A stretch of DNA of 55,413 nt from Promethearchaeota archaeon (GTDB taxonomy: Archaea; Asgardarchaeota; Lokiarchaeia; Sigyniarchaeales; SOKP01): the NCBI GenBank assembly GCA_019057795.1, contig JAHLWS010000008.1, forward strand, positions 1-55,413, in the 5' to 3' direction. A program made the position numbers and the translations under genes. The notes beneath the pieces are model-generated. The model saw only the letters and a list, made by a program, of their open reading frames with translations. It had not been told where the DNA came from and ran no database searches. This document shows positions 10,635-19,444 of the stretch, in pieces. The number at the start of each line of letters is the position of its first letter. Positions within the stretch are counted from its first letter, which is position 1.

Positions 10635-11765
10635 ATGATGTCTGAAACTTATAAGAGCTTTATGATTTATGGATTAGAAAGTACCGGAGAAAAAGTAAGG
10701 TTAGATATTTCTGAAGATATCTTTCGGTTGAATAACGGATAAAATGTATTAGATCCTAACCAAGTGTTAATAATTATAAACGAGGGGCTAAGGAGGATCT
10801 ACATCTGGAAAGGCGTCAATTCACACGTCAGGAAAAAATTTATAGCATCACGGGTTGCCGCTGAATTACAAAACGATTTGGTTGTTGAAGGGCATTTTCA
10901 TCGGTGCAAAATTATCTCAGTAGACCAAGGAGACGAACCTAACGAATTCTTAAGGGCTTTTGGTTTTACGACAGTTGAGTTACCAGAACTTCTTGATCGA
11001 AATTCACAAGAGTTCAAACAAATTCATTCTATGTCTACAAAAACTGCGTCAAAATTAGAGGGAAAGAAAGTTCATAGTTGGAGGGGGCCTACTCCTTCTC
11101 TAAAAGGAAAAAGAGCCTCTCCAACAATTACTCAAACTATGGCGAAAAGAACAAAAGAAGAACCTAAAAAGACAATAAAATCCTTCAAAACTGACGAAAT
11201 GGAAATAATTGAGAAAATAGTAAAAAATAATGTTCCTGCCGATCTAAAAAGACAAAACCTAATCTTAGGTAATTTTCAAATTTTTGGTGCTACTATTAAA
11301 AAAGCTAAAATATTTGGCGAAGAAGTAGAAGAAGTCATGTGGGAACCAGTGAACTCGCTACCAGAAGGAATAATTGAACTAACTGATCGCACTCTAAGAA
11401 TTTATGTCGATGATACCTCTAAGACTATTGAAGGAATAGAAATTCTCCAAAAGCTCGAAGCACCTAAAATTGTAGAACCAATGGCTGAAAGGGGCGAAGA
11501 GGTAGACTACAATACTTGGACTGTTAAACAGTTAAGAATTTATTGTCAAAAGAACAAGATAAAAGTACCTATCTCTTGCAGAAAAGCACAAATTATAAAA
11601 CTAATTAAAAATGGGCCCTCCCAAGAATCTATTGAACCAGAATCAAATTATAAGACTTGGACAGTAAAGCAACTGAAAGAATACTGTAAAAAAAACGATA
11701 TCAAAGTGCTTTCTGCATACAGAAAAGCAGATTTACTTAAACTTGTGAAAGAACATCAAAAATAG
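10635..11765 (+). CDS. Asgard gelsolin-domain protein (1DGelX-like) with two C-terminal HeH/Rho-N/SAP-like repeats; in-frame TAA at 10740-10742 (possible pseudogene)
   Basis: Gelsolin-fold motifs LDPNQVLIII...IYIWKG...VDQGDEPNEFL. Tandem repeats YNTWTVKQLRIYCQKNKIKV...RKAQIIKLIK and YKTWTVKQLKEYCKKNDIKV...RKADLLKLVK. The in-frame ATG at 10635 is separated from ORF 10764 by a single TAA. Confidence 0.7.
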
Positions 11766-11804
11766 AAAGAACTAATAAATAAAAAAATACTAAATTAAAT
11801 TTAC

Positions 11805-14771
11805 TTAACCCTGAGAAGCGTAGAAATCGTCAAAATTCTCTTGTAATTGATCCATATATAGCTTTCTCTTTCCAGGTATAACTTTTTCTGTAAGCATTTT
11901 TGCTTTCGCGTAGCAGGTGGTTGCTTCTACGCGCATTCCTAAGTGTTTATAGGACTGGGCCAATTTTAGAAAAGTGTGAAATGCGAACCAACCTCTTGGG
12001 TTGGCATCTAAAGCTTGAGTAAATTTCTCAATAGCGCCTTTATAATTTTTTGAGTTCATCAATACTTCTCCGTATGTGTCATACAGGTTTGCGTCGAGAG
12101 GATCGATTTCGATGGCTTTTTCAATTGTCTCAAGCGCTTCATCGTATCTTCCGATATTACTCAATGAAATGGCTCTATTGTTTAATAACCCTGGTGAATC
12201 CGGATAAAGGTCTAAGGCTTCGTCAATAGTCTTGATCGCTTCTGCATCTTTACCCATCGCGTAATAAGTAAAGCTTTTCTTTTGATACAGCGACTTACGC
12301 TCCTGTGGAAATCTTTTAATCATCTCATCGATTAGGGCCATTAGCTCGCCTCTCATATTATCATTCGTGAGATATAAGTGAATTTTTGTAGCATACATAT
12401 CGAAGTGGTCAGGGCTTAATTCAATTGCTTTTTCAATTTCAAATAAAGCATCTGCAATCCCATTTGTCTCATTTAAAATATAACTATACAGTTGATAATA
12501 CCTGGACAACTGTTTTTCACTCGGCTCCATTGATATCGCCTTCTCAAATTCTTCAACATAGAGCTCTTTGTCTGCTTTACTCGCGTCAAAATTGTATACA
12601 ATGTTAAATCCGTGAACGAATCCAGTAATAATATGAGAAAGTGGGTGGTTTGCGTAATGAAATTTTACCTTATTGACGATGCCTAAGGCTTTCTCGAATT
12701 TTCCTCGAGCTAAATACGAGAAGGAAAGTATCAAATACGCTGCCGTATCAACGCGGGGGTTATGCTTGAGTAAATTGAATTCAACCACCTGTTTAATCCA
12801 ATCTTTTCCCTCTTTGTAGTTATTTGTGAGCGTGTATAATAAAGCTTTCATTACTGAGAGTTCCAAGTCCTTAGGTTTTGTTTCAATTAATGAATTAATA
12901 AGTTCCAAAGGTTCGTCAATAGATTTTACACAGCACTCTTTATCTGTTAGATTACACAGGAATTTAGTTCGTTGGAGCAAAAAATTATCAGGATATTCAT
13001 CTAATGCTTCTTCAACAAAGCCTAAAGCTTTATCGTGATCTTGATTTATTAGTATTTGTGCTTTTTGAACAATAAGCGACACATCATAAGCCCTGCTTAA
13101 CCCTGATTCGATGGTTTCTAACGCTCTACTGTAATTACCCATAAAGAAATAGGTTAATGATTGAAACAAATAACCAATATATTCGTTAGGGTGTTTTATG
13201 ATGATTTCTTCAGTTAGCTCGAGCGAATCCTCTAACTCTCCATTGTATGTGTAAAATAAATCTTTCAGAAGCAATAACTCGATATCAGTTAAATTCTTTA
13301 GGTTCTCTGTAAGTAAGTCGTTTACTTTAGATAGTTTCCCTCTCGCTAATTTACGTTCAATTTTCGTCAAGAATTCCGAATTCTTAGGAAAGTATGTCTT
13401 TTTGAACTGAGATGTTCTAATAAAGTTAATTTTAGTCAAATAGAATATATCCAAAGTATCAAAAATTCTGTTGTGTAAGAAATAATACGCTTCGCTATCG
13501 GCTGGTTTGTTCATAGTACTCGCCGTATCAGATGTATCGAAACTTTGAATTACCTCAAAAACATTTTGGAAGGCGATCCCTTTTATTTTATCTGTGTGGT
13601 TGATCAAATTCTTCTCGCTCTCAAATTTATATGCCAAATGCTCGATATACTCAGGAATGAATTTTTTTAAAGCCGGTTTCAAATCGTCGTGGAATAAATT
13701 ACTACACATTTCGCTCGTTATATCTTCAAGTAACTCGTTGATATTGGGGATACTATATTGAACTCCACTCGCTTTCTGTAATTTACTCAAATACGTAAAC
13801 CTCCTAATGTAATCCTCGATAATTACATTGAGCATTTTTTCTAACCGCTCTTCTGCCTGAATGTAGTAGGTGTATTCATCTCTTACATTTAATTTAAAGA
13901 AGCGTATCGGATAGATGTTATCTTCAACGATCTTCTCAATGAAGAAGTTAAGTGTTGTTAGCTTTATATCGTATTCTAAAGCAAAATCTTTAGCCGTGAT
14001 GTAGTTAGGGTATTGATCCGGGTGATTAATAGAGAGATAAAGTAAAATTTTATCAAAATCCACCTCGTCGGACAAAGTGCTTTCAACCTTAGTATAATCC
14101 AACCTAAGTACCATGTTCAAAAATCTGTACTTTATCCCGTCATCATCGATATCGTAATCGTTAAAAAACTCCGTTACCTTGTCAGTTATTACCTCAACTC
14201 TCTTACTCTCTTCGTCTAATATTGATTGGCGATCCAGATCGTATTTTTTTAACATATTGAAGTATTCTAGTTCACCTGAATTAGTAATCTGATACTCACG
14301 GTTATTCTTTTCAACATAACCATTTTCAAGTAATAAATTCAAATTCTTTGACAATGAGGATTGATTTATTCTAAGGGGTTCCTCAAGGAAGTCTGACCAT
14401 CTGCAATGGTGGTTATTGTATAACATCCAAAGAATCCAATCATCGTAATTTCTCTTATTTGTTATAATCTCAGGTGGATAATTCAATGTTTTTTCAAGCG
14501 CACCTTTAACTTGAAGATTGGTATACTGTTTTCGACCTTCAGGTGTAATCTTATACTTACCTTTCTTCTCCTTCTCAATAAAACCATTATTAATTAAGAT
14601 TGTAAGATATTTCGACAAAGTTGCTTGACTTATATTTACGGGATCCGATTTAAAATCAGACCATGAACAATAGTCGTTATTATAGAGCATCCAGAGTATA
14701 ATATGCTCAAAATCTTTGTTGATTTTCATAGGTGTAATTATACCTACAGGTGGAAATTTTGGTATACTCAT
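11805..14771 (-). CDS. Tandem winged-helix (2x wHTH) + TPR-repeat protein, putative transcriptional regulator/peptide receptor
   Basis: Duplicated N-terminal unit ILWMLYNN..C.WSDF...P..I.Q..LSK.L..L..NG..EK....Y.IT..G (wHTH). The C-terminal half is a long run of TPRs, e.g. NNRAISLSNIGRYDEALETIEKAIEIDP and YDTYGEVLMNSKNYKGAIEKFTQALDANP. Confidence 0.85.
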   Translation of the reverse strand: MSIPKFPPVGIITPMKINKDFEHIILWMLYNNDYCSWSDFKSDPVNISQATLSKYLTILINNGFIEKEKKGKYKITPEGRKQYTNLQVKGALEKTLNYPPEIITNKRNYDDWILWMLYNNHHCRWSDFLEEPLRINQSSLSKNLNLLLENGYVEKNNREYQITNSGELEYFNMLKKYDLDRQSILDEESKRVEVITDKVTEFFNDYDIDDDGIKYRFLNMVLRLDYTKVESTLSDEVDFDKILLYLSINHPDQYPNYITAKDFALEYDIKLTTLNFFIEKIVEDNIYPIRFFKLNVRDEYTYYIQAEERLEKMLNVIIEDYIRRFTYLSKLQKASGVQYSIPNINELLEDITSEMCSNLFHDDLKPALKKFIPEYIEHLAYKFESEKNLINHTDKIKGIAFQNVFEVIQSFDTSDTASTMNKPADSEAYYFLHNRIFDTLDIFYLTKINFIRTSQFKKTYFPKNSEFLTKIERKLARGKLSKVNDLLTENLKNLTDIELLLLKDLFYTYNGELEDSLELTEEIIIKHPNEYIGYLFQSLTYFFMGNYSRALETIESGLSRAYDVSLIVQKAQILINQDHDKALGFVEEALDEYPDNFLLQRTKFLCNLTDKECCVKSIDEPLELINSLIETKPKDLELSVMKALLYTLTNNYKEGKDWIKQVVEFNLLKHNPRVDTAAYLILSFSYLARGKFEKALGIVNKVKFHYANHPLSHIITGFVHGFNIVYNFDASKADKELYVEEFEKAISMEPSEKQLSRYYQLYSYILNETNGIADALFEIEKAIELSPDHFDMYATKIHLYLTNDNMRGELMALIDEMIKRFPQERKSLYQKKSFTYYAMGKDAEAIKTIDEALDLYPDSPGLLNNRAISLSNIGRYDEALETIEKAIEIDPLDANLYDTYGEVLMNSKNYKGAIEKFTQALDANPRGWFAFHTFLKLAQSYKHLGMRVEATTCYAKAKMLTEKVIPGKRKLYMDQLQENFDDFYASQG

Positions 14772-14792
14772 GATTAAATAATGGTTTTGTAT

Positions 14793-14862
14793 CTATATAA
14801 GGATTCTTATTCGCATCGAACTTCGAAGTTCGTTCGAACTTCCTAAAGTCAAACTATATAAG
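14793..14862. promoter_or_regulatory. Divergent promoter: two TATA boxes (CTATATAAG at 14793-14801 and 14854-14862) flanking a palindromic operator (14817-14842)
   Basis: CGAACTTCGAAGTTCG is a perfect 16-bp palindrome (14817-14832), followed by TT and a third half-site CGAACTTC (14835-14842). Confidence 0.7.
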
Positions 14863-14931
14863 AACTGCGAATTTAATAAAATTAAAAAAAAAAAAAAAGA
14901 ACTTAAAAAAAAAGTAAAGAAGTGAAAAAAA

Positions 14932-15219
14932 ATGGCACAAGCAATAGTAAAAAAAACCATTTCCAAGGACGACATAGAAATTGCGGACCCAATTTCTGCC
15001 CAGAATCAAGCACCTGAGGTGTTAAAGCCTCAGGTGCTGGTCAAAGCAGCGCTAAAAAATCAAGCTAAATTACAAACACCTAAGAAAAAACTCTTGAATG
15101 TGTTTAAAAAAATCAAGTATAACGCGAGAATTTCGGAAGAAAGTATTTATATAAATAATTATAATGGAAATCTTGACGCAAAGCTTCTTGGAGCTCGCAA
15201 TTCCATGTTAAATTTCTAA
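14932..15219 (+). CDS. Small hypothetical protein (95 aa), first member of the peptide array, ends ...MLNF
   Basis: ATG preceded by an A-rich leader and GAAGTGAAAAAAA; T-tract after the stop. Confidence 0.65.
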   Translation: MAQAIVKKTISKDDIEIADPISAQNQAPEVLKPQVLVKAALKNQAKLQTPKKKLLNVFKKIKYNARISEESIYINNYNGNLDAKLLGARNSMLNF

Positions 15220-15269
15220 TTAAAAATAATTTTTTTTTTAACCAGGAAAAAAAAAAGAGGTAAAATAAA

Positions 15270-15344
15270 ATGAAAAGGAATGAAAATAAAAAGCTCATAA
15301 AAATGGCAGAATTTAACCCAGTATATTTAGTTTTTAGATTTTAA
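15270..15344 (+). CDS. Small peptide ORF A, 24 aa: MKRNENKKLIKMAEFNPVYLVFRF
   Basis: SD-like GAGGT in GAGGTAAAATAAA-ATG; context shared with neighbouring ORFs; T-tract after the stop. Confidence 0.65.
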   Translation: MKRNENKKLIKMAEFNPVYLVFRF

Positions 15345-15415
15345 TTAAATAATAATTTTTTTTATAATTTTTAAGCCAAAAAAACCAAAAAAAAGCAAAA
15401 ACGAGGTAAAATAAA

Positions 15416-15484
15416 ATGGAAAAGTATGAGGAGAGAATAATAATTAAGAACGCAGGATACCTTCCTGATCGTTTAGAGTTTTAA
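15416..15484 (+). CDS. Small peptide ORF B, 22 aa: MEKYEERIIIKNAGYLPDRLEF
   Basis: Same GAGGTAAAATAAA-ATG context as ORF A, with an A-rich leader. Confidence 0.65.
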   Translation: MEKYEERIIIKNAGYLPDRLEF

Positions 15485-15573
15485 CCTAAATTAAACTATT
15501 TATTTAATTTAATATTCAGAATTTAACCAAAAAAAAAAAAAAACAACCAAGAAATAAAAACGAGTGAAATAAA

Positions 15574-15651
15574 ATGACAAGAAAAGAGAAAATAGATAAA
15601 AAAACAATCCTAAACCCTACGGGATATAATATTACATATTTCAGATATTAG
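15574..15651 (+). CDS. Small peptide ORF C, 25 aa: MTRKEKIDKKTILNPTGYNITYFRY
   Basis: AAAAACGAGTGAAATAAA-ATG context (ORF B has AAAAACGAGGTAAAATAAA-ATG); long T-tract after the stop. Confidence 0.65.
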   Translation: MTRKEKIDKKTILNPTGYNITYFRY

Positions 15652-15657
15652 AACTAA

Positions 15658-15668
15658 TTTTTTTTTTT
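15658..15668 (+). terminator. Oligo-T tract, putative archaeal terminator of the peptide array
   Basis: Run of 11 T beginning 7 nt after the ORF C stop. Confidence 0.45.
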
Positions 15669-15722
15669 ACCTTTATATTATATTTCAATTCTCATCAGTT
15701 TAACTTTTCCATATTTGTTTTG

Positions 15723-15880
15723 TTAAAAGGGATAATATTTACGAGAATGGGTAAGGTTTTTGCCTTTAATTAGTCTTTTCAAGTCATTTTCAATTGATTT
15801 TATATCGTAATCTCCTTCCCATCTTAATTTCGTATATTTGTTCAAATTTCACCTCATTCGCGCGATTTATGATATCATTT
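15723..15880 (-). pseudogene. Frameshifted remnant paralogous to the C-terminus of ORF 17206..17553
   Basis: Translates as KFEQIYEIKM/EGDYDIKSIENDLKRLIKGKNLTHSRKYYPF* with one frameshift near 15819, versus NFKPIYEIKVEGDNNFRLIEKDVKDLIKGKKGTSFRSNYPL* in the 17206 ORF. Confidence 0.7.
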
Positions 15881-16033
15881 TTTTAATATTTAATATTATT
15901 ATTTATATGGTTGTATGGGTAACTGTTATTTAGTAAACAAAATACGGTTTCTAAGCATTGCATTAAAAAAATTAATTGTAATGAGATAGTAGAGTGTATT
16001 ACTAATTGTCTTTCTAAAATATAAATCTAAAAC

Positions 16034-17080
16034 TTGGCTAAAGGTGTGAAAAAAATAGTAAATAATAGATTAATAAAAAAAATAACTACAAGAATACTAA
16101 CAGATAGTTCTGAAATTTTAACATATTTGCAATTTGGAACTAATATTCCAATTCTACCCGATCTTTCAAAATACATTTTACATGATCTGGAGTACTTTAA
16201 AGCAAAATCCATTTTGCTATTGGAAAGTGGAAATCCTGCTGGACAAGTATTAGTATATGATGATGGGCGAGATACCTTATTTTTTGGATATTTCGGCATA
16301 TTAAATCACAATAATAATAAAATAAACTTGTTGATTGATGCACTTATTGAGTTTGCGAAAGAAAAGGAATTAAAATTTATAAGAGGACCAATCAATATAC
16401 CGGTGATTATATATGGATGGGGTTTTATGAAAGAAGGAAGTTTTGAAAATTTGTTTATTGGAAAACCCGTGAATCCTCCAATATATCCAAATTCATTCTT
16501 AAAGAAGAAATTTTATGTAAAATCTGAACAGGTGACTTGGTTAGGGCCCCGTTTACCTCGATTTGATCCATGGAAACTCAAGAGATATGATTATAGTGAT
16601 TACGAATATTTTTACCCTAATGATATTGCTGATTTTAAAAAGTATAAATCCGAATTTTTAAGAATTCATGCAGAAAACTTGCCCCTCTCCGCTCAAATTA
16701 CTCCGAATATAAATGGGGTTTTTGATAGTTATGTAGACTTTGTTTTTAGATATGGTTTTAACTTTATGATTTTTTTTGTAAAATATAAACCTACAGAAAA
16801 AATTGTTGCGTGTGGAGCTTATTTACCAAACCCTTTTAGAAAGGATTCAAAAGGAAACTATGATTCTTGTGTAATTTATACATGGGCAGTTGAATCTAAA
16901 CATAGGCGTAAGGGGTTAGGAATGCTAATGTATGGGGCTACTTCTCAATTACTTTGGAAACATAAAATTAAATATGGTATCGGACCTATGCCTAAAAGTA
17001 ATACTGCCAATATGGGTTTTGCGGTGAAACTTGGTGGTGTAATTAGTAGAACTCATCTTATTTTTGAATACAAGGTATAA
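16034..17080 (+). CDS. GNAT-family N-acyltransferase (YghO-like, two-domain)
   Basis: FFGYFG, FIRGPIN, NPPIY motifs; C-terminal acyl-CoA motif AVESKHRRKGLG. Confidence 0.75.
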   Translation: MAKGVKKIVNNRLIKKITTRILTDSSEILTYLQFGTNIPILPDLSKYILHDLEYFKAKSILLLESGNPAGQVLVYDDGRDTLFFGYFGILNHNNNKINLLIDALIEFAKEKELKFIRGPINIPVIIYGWGFMKEGSFENLFIGKPVNPPIYPNSFLKKKFYVKSEQVTWLGPRLPRFDPWKLKRYDYSDYEYFYPNDIADFKKYKSEFLRIHAENLPLSAQITPNINGVFDSYVDFVFRYGFNFMIFFVKYKPTEKIVACGAYLPNPFRKDSKGNYDSCVIYTWAVESKHRRKGLGMLMYGATSQLLWKHKIKYGIGPMPKSNTANMGFAVKLGGVISRTHLIFEYKV

Positions 17081-17205
17081 TAAAAATAATAGGTTATGCT
17101 TATAATGTAAATAGGAGATGTTAAATGATGACAAAATCGGCAGGATTAGACTCAAAAGTTTAAAAAAAATAAAAGAAATTAAATATTATATTGATATAAT
17201 ATAAA

Positions 17206-17553
17206 TCATAAAGGGTAATTAGAGCGAAATGAAGTTCCTTTTTTTCCTTTAATCAAATCTTTAACGTCCTTTTCGATTAATCTAAAATTATTATCTCCTT
17301 CAACTTTAATTTCATATATTGGTTTAAAATTCTTTTTGTTTTGAGTATCAAGATTATTTTCGAATAAACGGATTAAATAAGAACAAGGTGCATCAATAAT
17401 TGATATTATTATCCACTTCCTATTTTCTTCTTCATTAACATCTTTATAATTAAATTTTACATTTTGTAAAGTGATTTCACATATATTTTCGAATTTTTTA
17501 ATTTTTATTTGATAATTATTTTCCAGTTTTTCTAATGCCACTAAAAGATTCAA
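17206..17553 (-). CDS. Hypothetical protein (start uncertain; frame open to about 17595)
   Basis: 115-aa ORF; a degraded paralog at 15723-15880 supports a coding origin. Confidence 0.55.
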   Translation of the reverse strand: MNLLVALEKLENNYQIKIKKFENICEITLQNVKFNYKDVNEEENRKWIIISIIDAPCSYLIRLFENNLDTQNKKNFKPIYEIKVEGDNNFRLIEKDVKDLIKGKKGTSFRSNYPL

Positions 17554-17753
17554 AACATTATCGGGAATATCATCTATCGCTTTAATATAATCATCCTAAA
17601 ATTATTAATTTAAAAAAATTTCTATACGAACCTATTATGAAAGATTTTCTATATAAATTCAATTTTACAAGTATTCAAATAAATAGGTCGGGAAAAAAGA
17701 ATTGTTATTTAATTTTAAAGTTATTTTGATTAGAAAAAAAAGGCTATTTGTTT

Positions 17754-18470
17754 TTATAACTCACGCCCGATTCCATAATAAATAAAAATTGCCGAGGAGA
17801 TCATTAAAAAAAAAGTAATTACAGCCCACAACGACTTAAAAAGAGGGTCTTGCCACGTGATATAAAGAACTGCCCCATAAAGTATTGAAAATGTCCCGAA
17901 AACACCAATAATAAAGGTTACGAGTTTCTTCTTTAGTATTTTATCTTGAAATGTTTTTATTAAGCGTACTGAATATATCAGTGTTGGTATAACAATACTT
18001 ACTGTAAAAACAATATAAATACACATAGAAAAAGTCCAACTATAAATCGGTCGCCACTCTTCGGTAAATGTAATTCCATTGGGAATAAAAAAAATTAAAC
18101 AATTCACAAAACCGTAAATAATTGTAATAATCAATTGTTTTTTTAATGTAAATACAAATTCAAGCTTCAGTATGCTAACTATAAATGTAAGGATAAAAAT
18201 AGGTGAAATCAGCATTGGATAAACTGTGAAGAAGTAAAGTATTTGTAACAACAACACATTGTCAGGTATAAATGCTGCTATTACAATAAAAATAGCATTA
18301 AATATCAGTCCAGAAGCTGTAAAAAAATAAAACATGCTTAAAGTAATAATGGGACGCGGTCGGTTACGTATTAGTAATTTTACCGCGATAAACAAAAATA
18401 TACATGCTACAATCAACTGCGGGATAAAAATAATTAATAATCTTGACGGATCGGTTGATTGTAATATCAT
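17754..18470 (-). CDS. Polytopic (about 7 TM) membrane protein, HisKA_7TM-like sensor domain without a kinase
   Basis: Six to seven hydrophobic helices with short basic loops, ends IYYGIGREL. Confidence 0.65.
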   Translation of the reverse strand: MILQSTDPSRLLIIFIPQLIVACIFLFIAVKLLIRNRPRPIITLSMFYFFTASGLIFNAIFIVIAAFIPDNVLLLQILYFFTVYPMLISPIFILTFIVSILKLEFVFTLKKQLIITIIYGFVNCLIFFIPNGITFTEEWRPIYSWTFSMCIYIVFTVSIVIPTLIYSVRLIKTFQDKILKKKLVTFIIGVFGTFSILYGAVLYITWQDPLFKSLWAVITFFLMISSAIFIYYGIGREL

Positions 18471-18592
18471 TGTTATAACACTACGATTTATTAACCACTT
18501 AGTTAATTTAATATATTATTTCTATTATTAATTGTTCAATCTTTTTATTAAGTATACTAATATGTGAATATAAATTAGATGTTTATTTACAT

Positions 18593-19444
18593 TTAGAATT
18601 TGAAATTTATTGATTCTGATTTAAAATAATCATATCCAATTATCTGGGGGGCAAGAATTATCCTTTTGATTTTAAGAACTCCCGAAAAAATCACCTCAAA
18701 AGTAAGATACGAAGCAGCTATTCTTACTAAAGGAGCCATTGATATAAAAGGAAGCTTTCCTGAAAATATCCCGTCAATAGCACCCTTTTCACGATCATAA
18801 CGCGAGATTATTTCGGGAAACTGTGTCAATTTATCTAGAACCTGTCTTTTAATGTCTATTAAAACCGATTTTGATTGATAAATTTCGGGAATTGTCATTT
18901 TTTTTGTTTTAAAGCCGTAGCAAGTTTCGTAATCCTCGCTTTCAGAAGTAAACCACCACGCCCAGAGGTAAGGTACCGCCCATGCCTCTAGCATTAAAAT
19001 TTTTAATTCTCTACATTTACGCGAAATCAGTATAGAAGCAATAGGATCGTCTAAAGTTAAAGCCACAACGGAAGAGCCCTCTATAATTTTTAATAAATTT
19101 CGCTCGTTAACTTCGTAATACTTACACACATTAATTTCGGGGTTAATATTCTTTAGTAATTTTTCAACTACATCAACTTTGTATTTTCCTATATCTGCTC
19201 TTACGCATACTTGTCTGTTTAGATTAGATTCTTCAAACTTATCGTTATCGCATATAACAAGATTTTCACATCCAGAACGAGCAAGTTGTTCTGTTAGCGG
19301 TCCACCAAGACCTCCTTGACCAAAGATTGTAATCCGAGCTTCACGAAGTTGTTCTTGTTCAAGAAATGTTACGAGTCCGATATTTCTATTAATATGATTC
19401 CAATACGACTGAGACCAATTTTTAGGTCGTTTATCTTCGAACAT
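18593..19444 (-). CDS. ThiF/MoeB/E1-like adenylyltransferase
   Basis: RNIGL...EQEQLREARITIFGQGGLGG, CDNDKFEESNLNRQ, GKYKVDV, INPEI; lacks the MoeB CxxC pairs. Confidence 0.85.
   Translation of the reverse strand: MFEDKRPKNWSQSYWNHINRNIGLVTFLEQEQLREARITIFGQGGLGGPLTEQLARSGCENLVICDNDKFEESNLNRQVCVRADIGKYKVDVVEKLLKNINPEINVCKYYEVNERNLLKIIEGSSVVALTLDDPIASILISRKCRELKILMLEAWAVPYLWAWWFTSESEDYETCYGFKTKKMTIPEIYQSKSVLIDIKRQVLDKLTQFPEIISRYDREKGAIDGIFSGKLPFISMAPLVRIAASYLTFEVIFSGVLKIKRIILAPQIIGYDYFKSESINFKF

Noticed and set aside
14793-15298. Minus-strand ORFs 14793..14975 and 15113..15298
   Set aside because: Phe-rich products are simply the antisense reading of A-tracts and overlap better-supported plus-strand ORFs and the promoter.
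15270-15651. Similarity of peptide ends to animal RF-amide neuropeptides or to the proteasome-activating HbYX motif
   Set aside because: There is no C-terminal Gly for amidation, and the aromatic residue is last rather than penultimate; the resemblance is superficial.
14865-15668. CRISPR array (regularly spaced repeats with unique intervening sequence)
   Set aside because: The repeats are imperfect A-rich leaders ending in ATG, the period (about 150 bp) is too long, the intervening parts are open reading frames, and no cas genes are present.
17114-17163. Possible further micro-ORF MMTKSAGLDSKV after a GGAG motif
   Set aside because: Only 12 codons, with neither the shared leader nor the aromatic C-terminus of the array; indistinguishable from chance.
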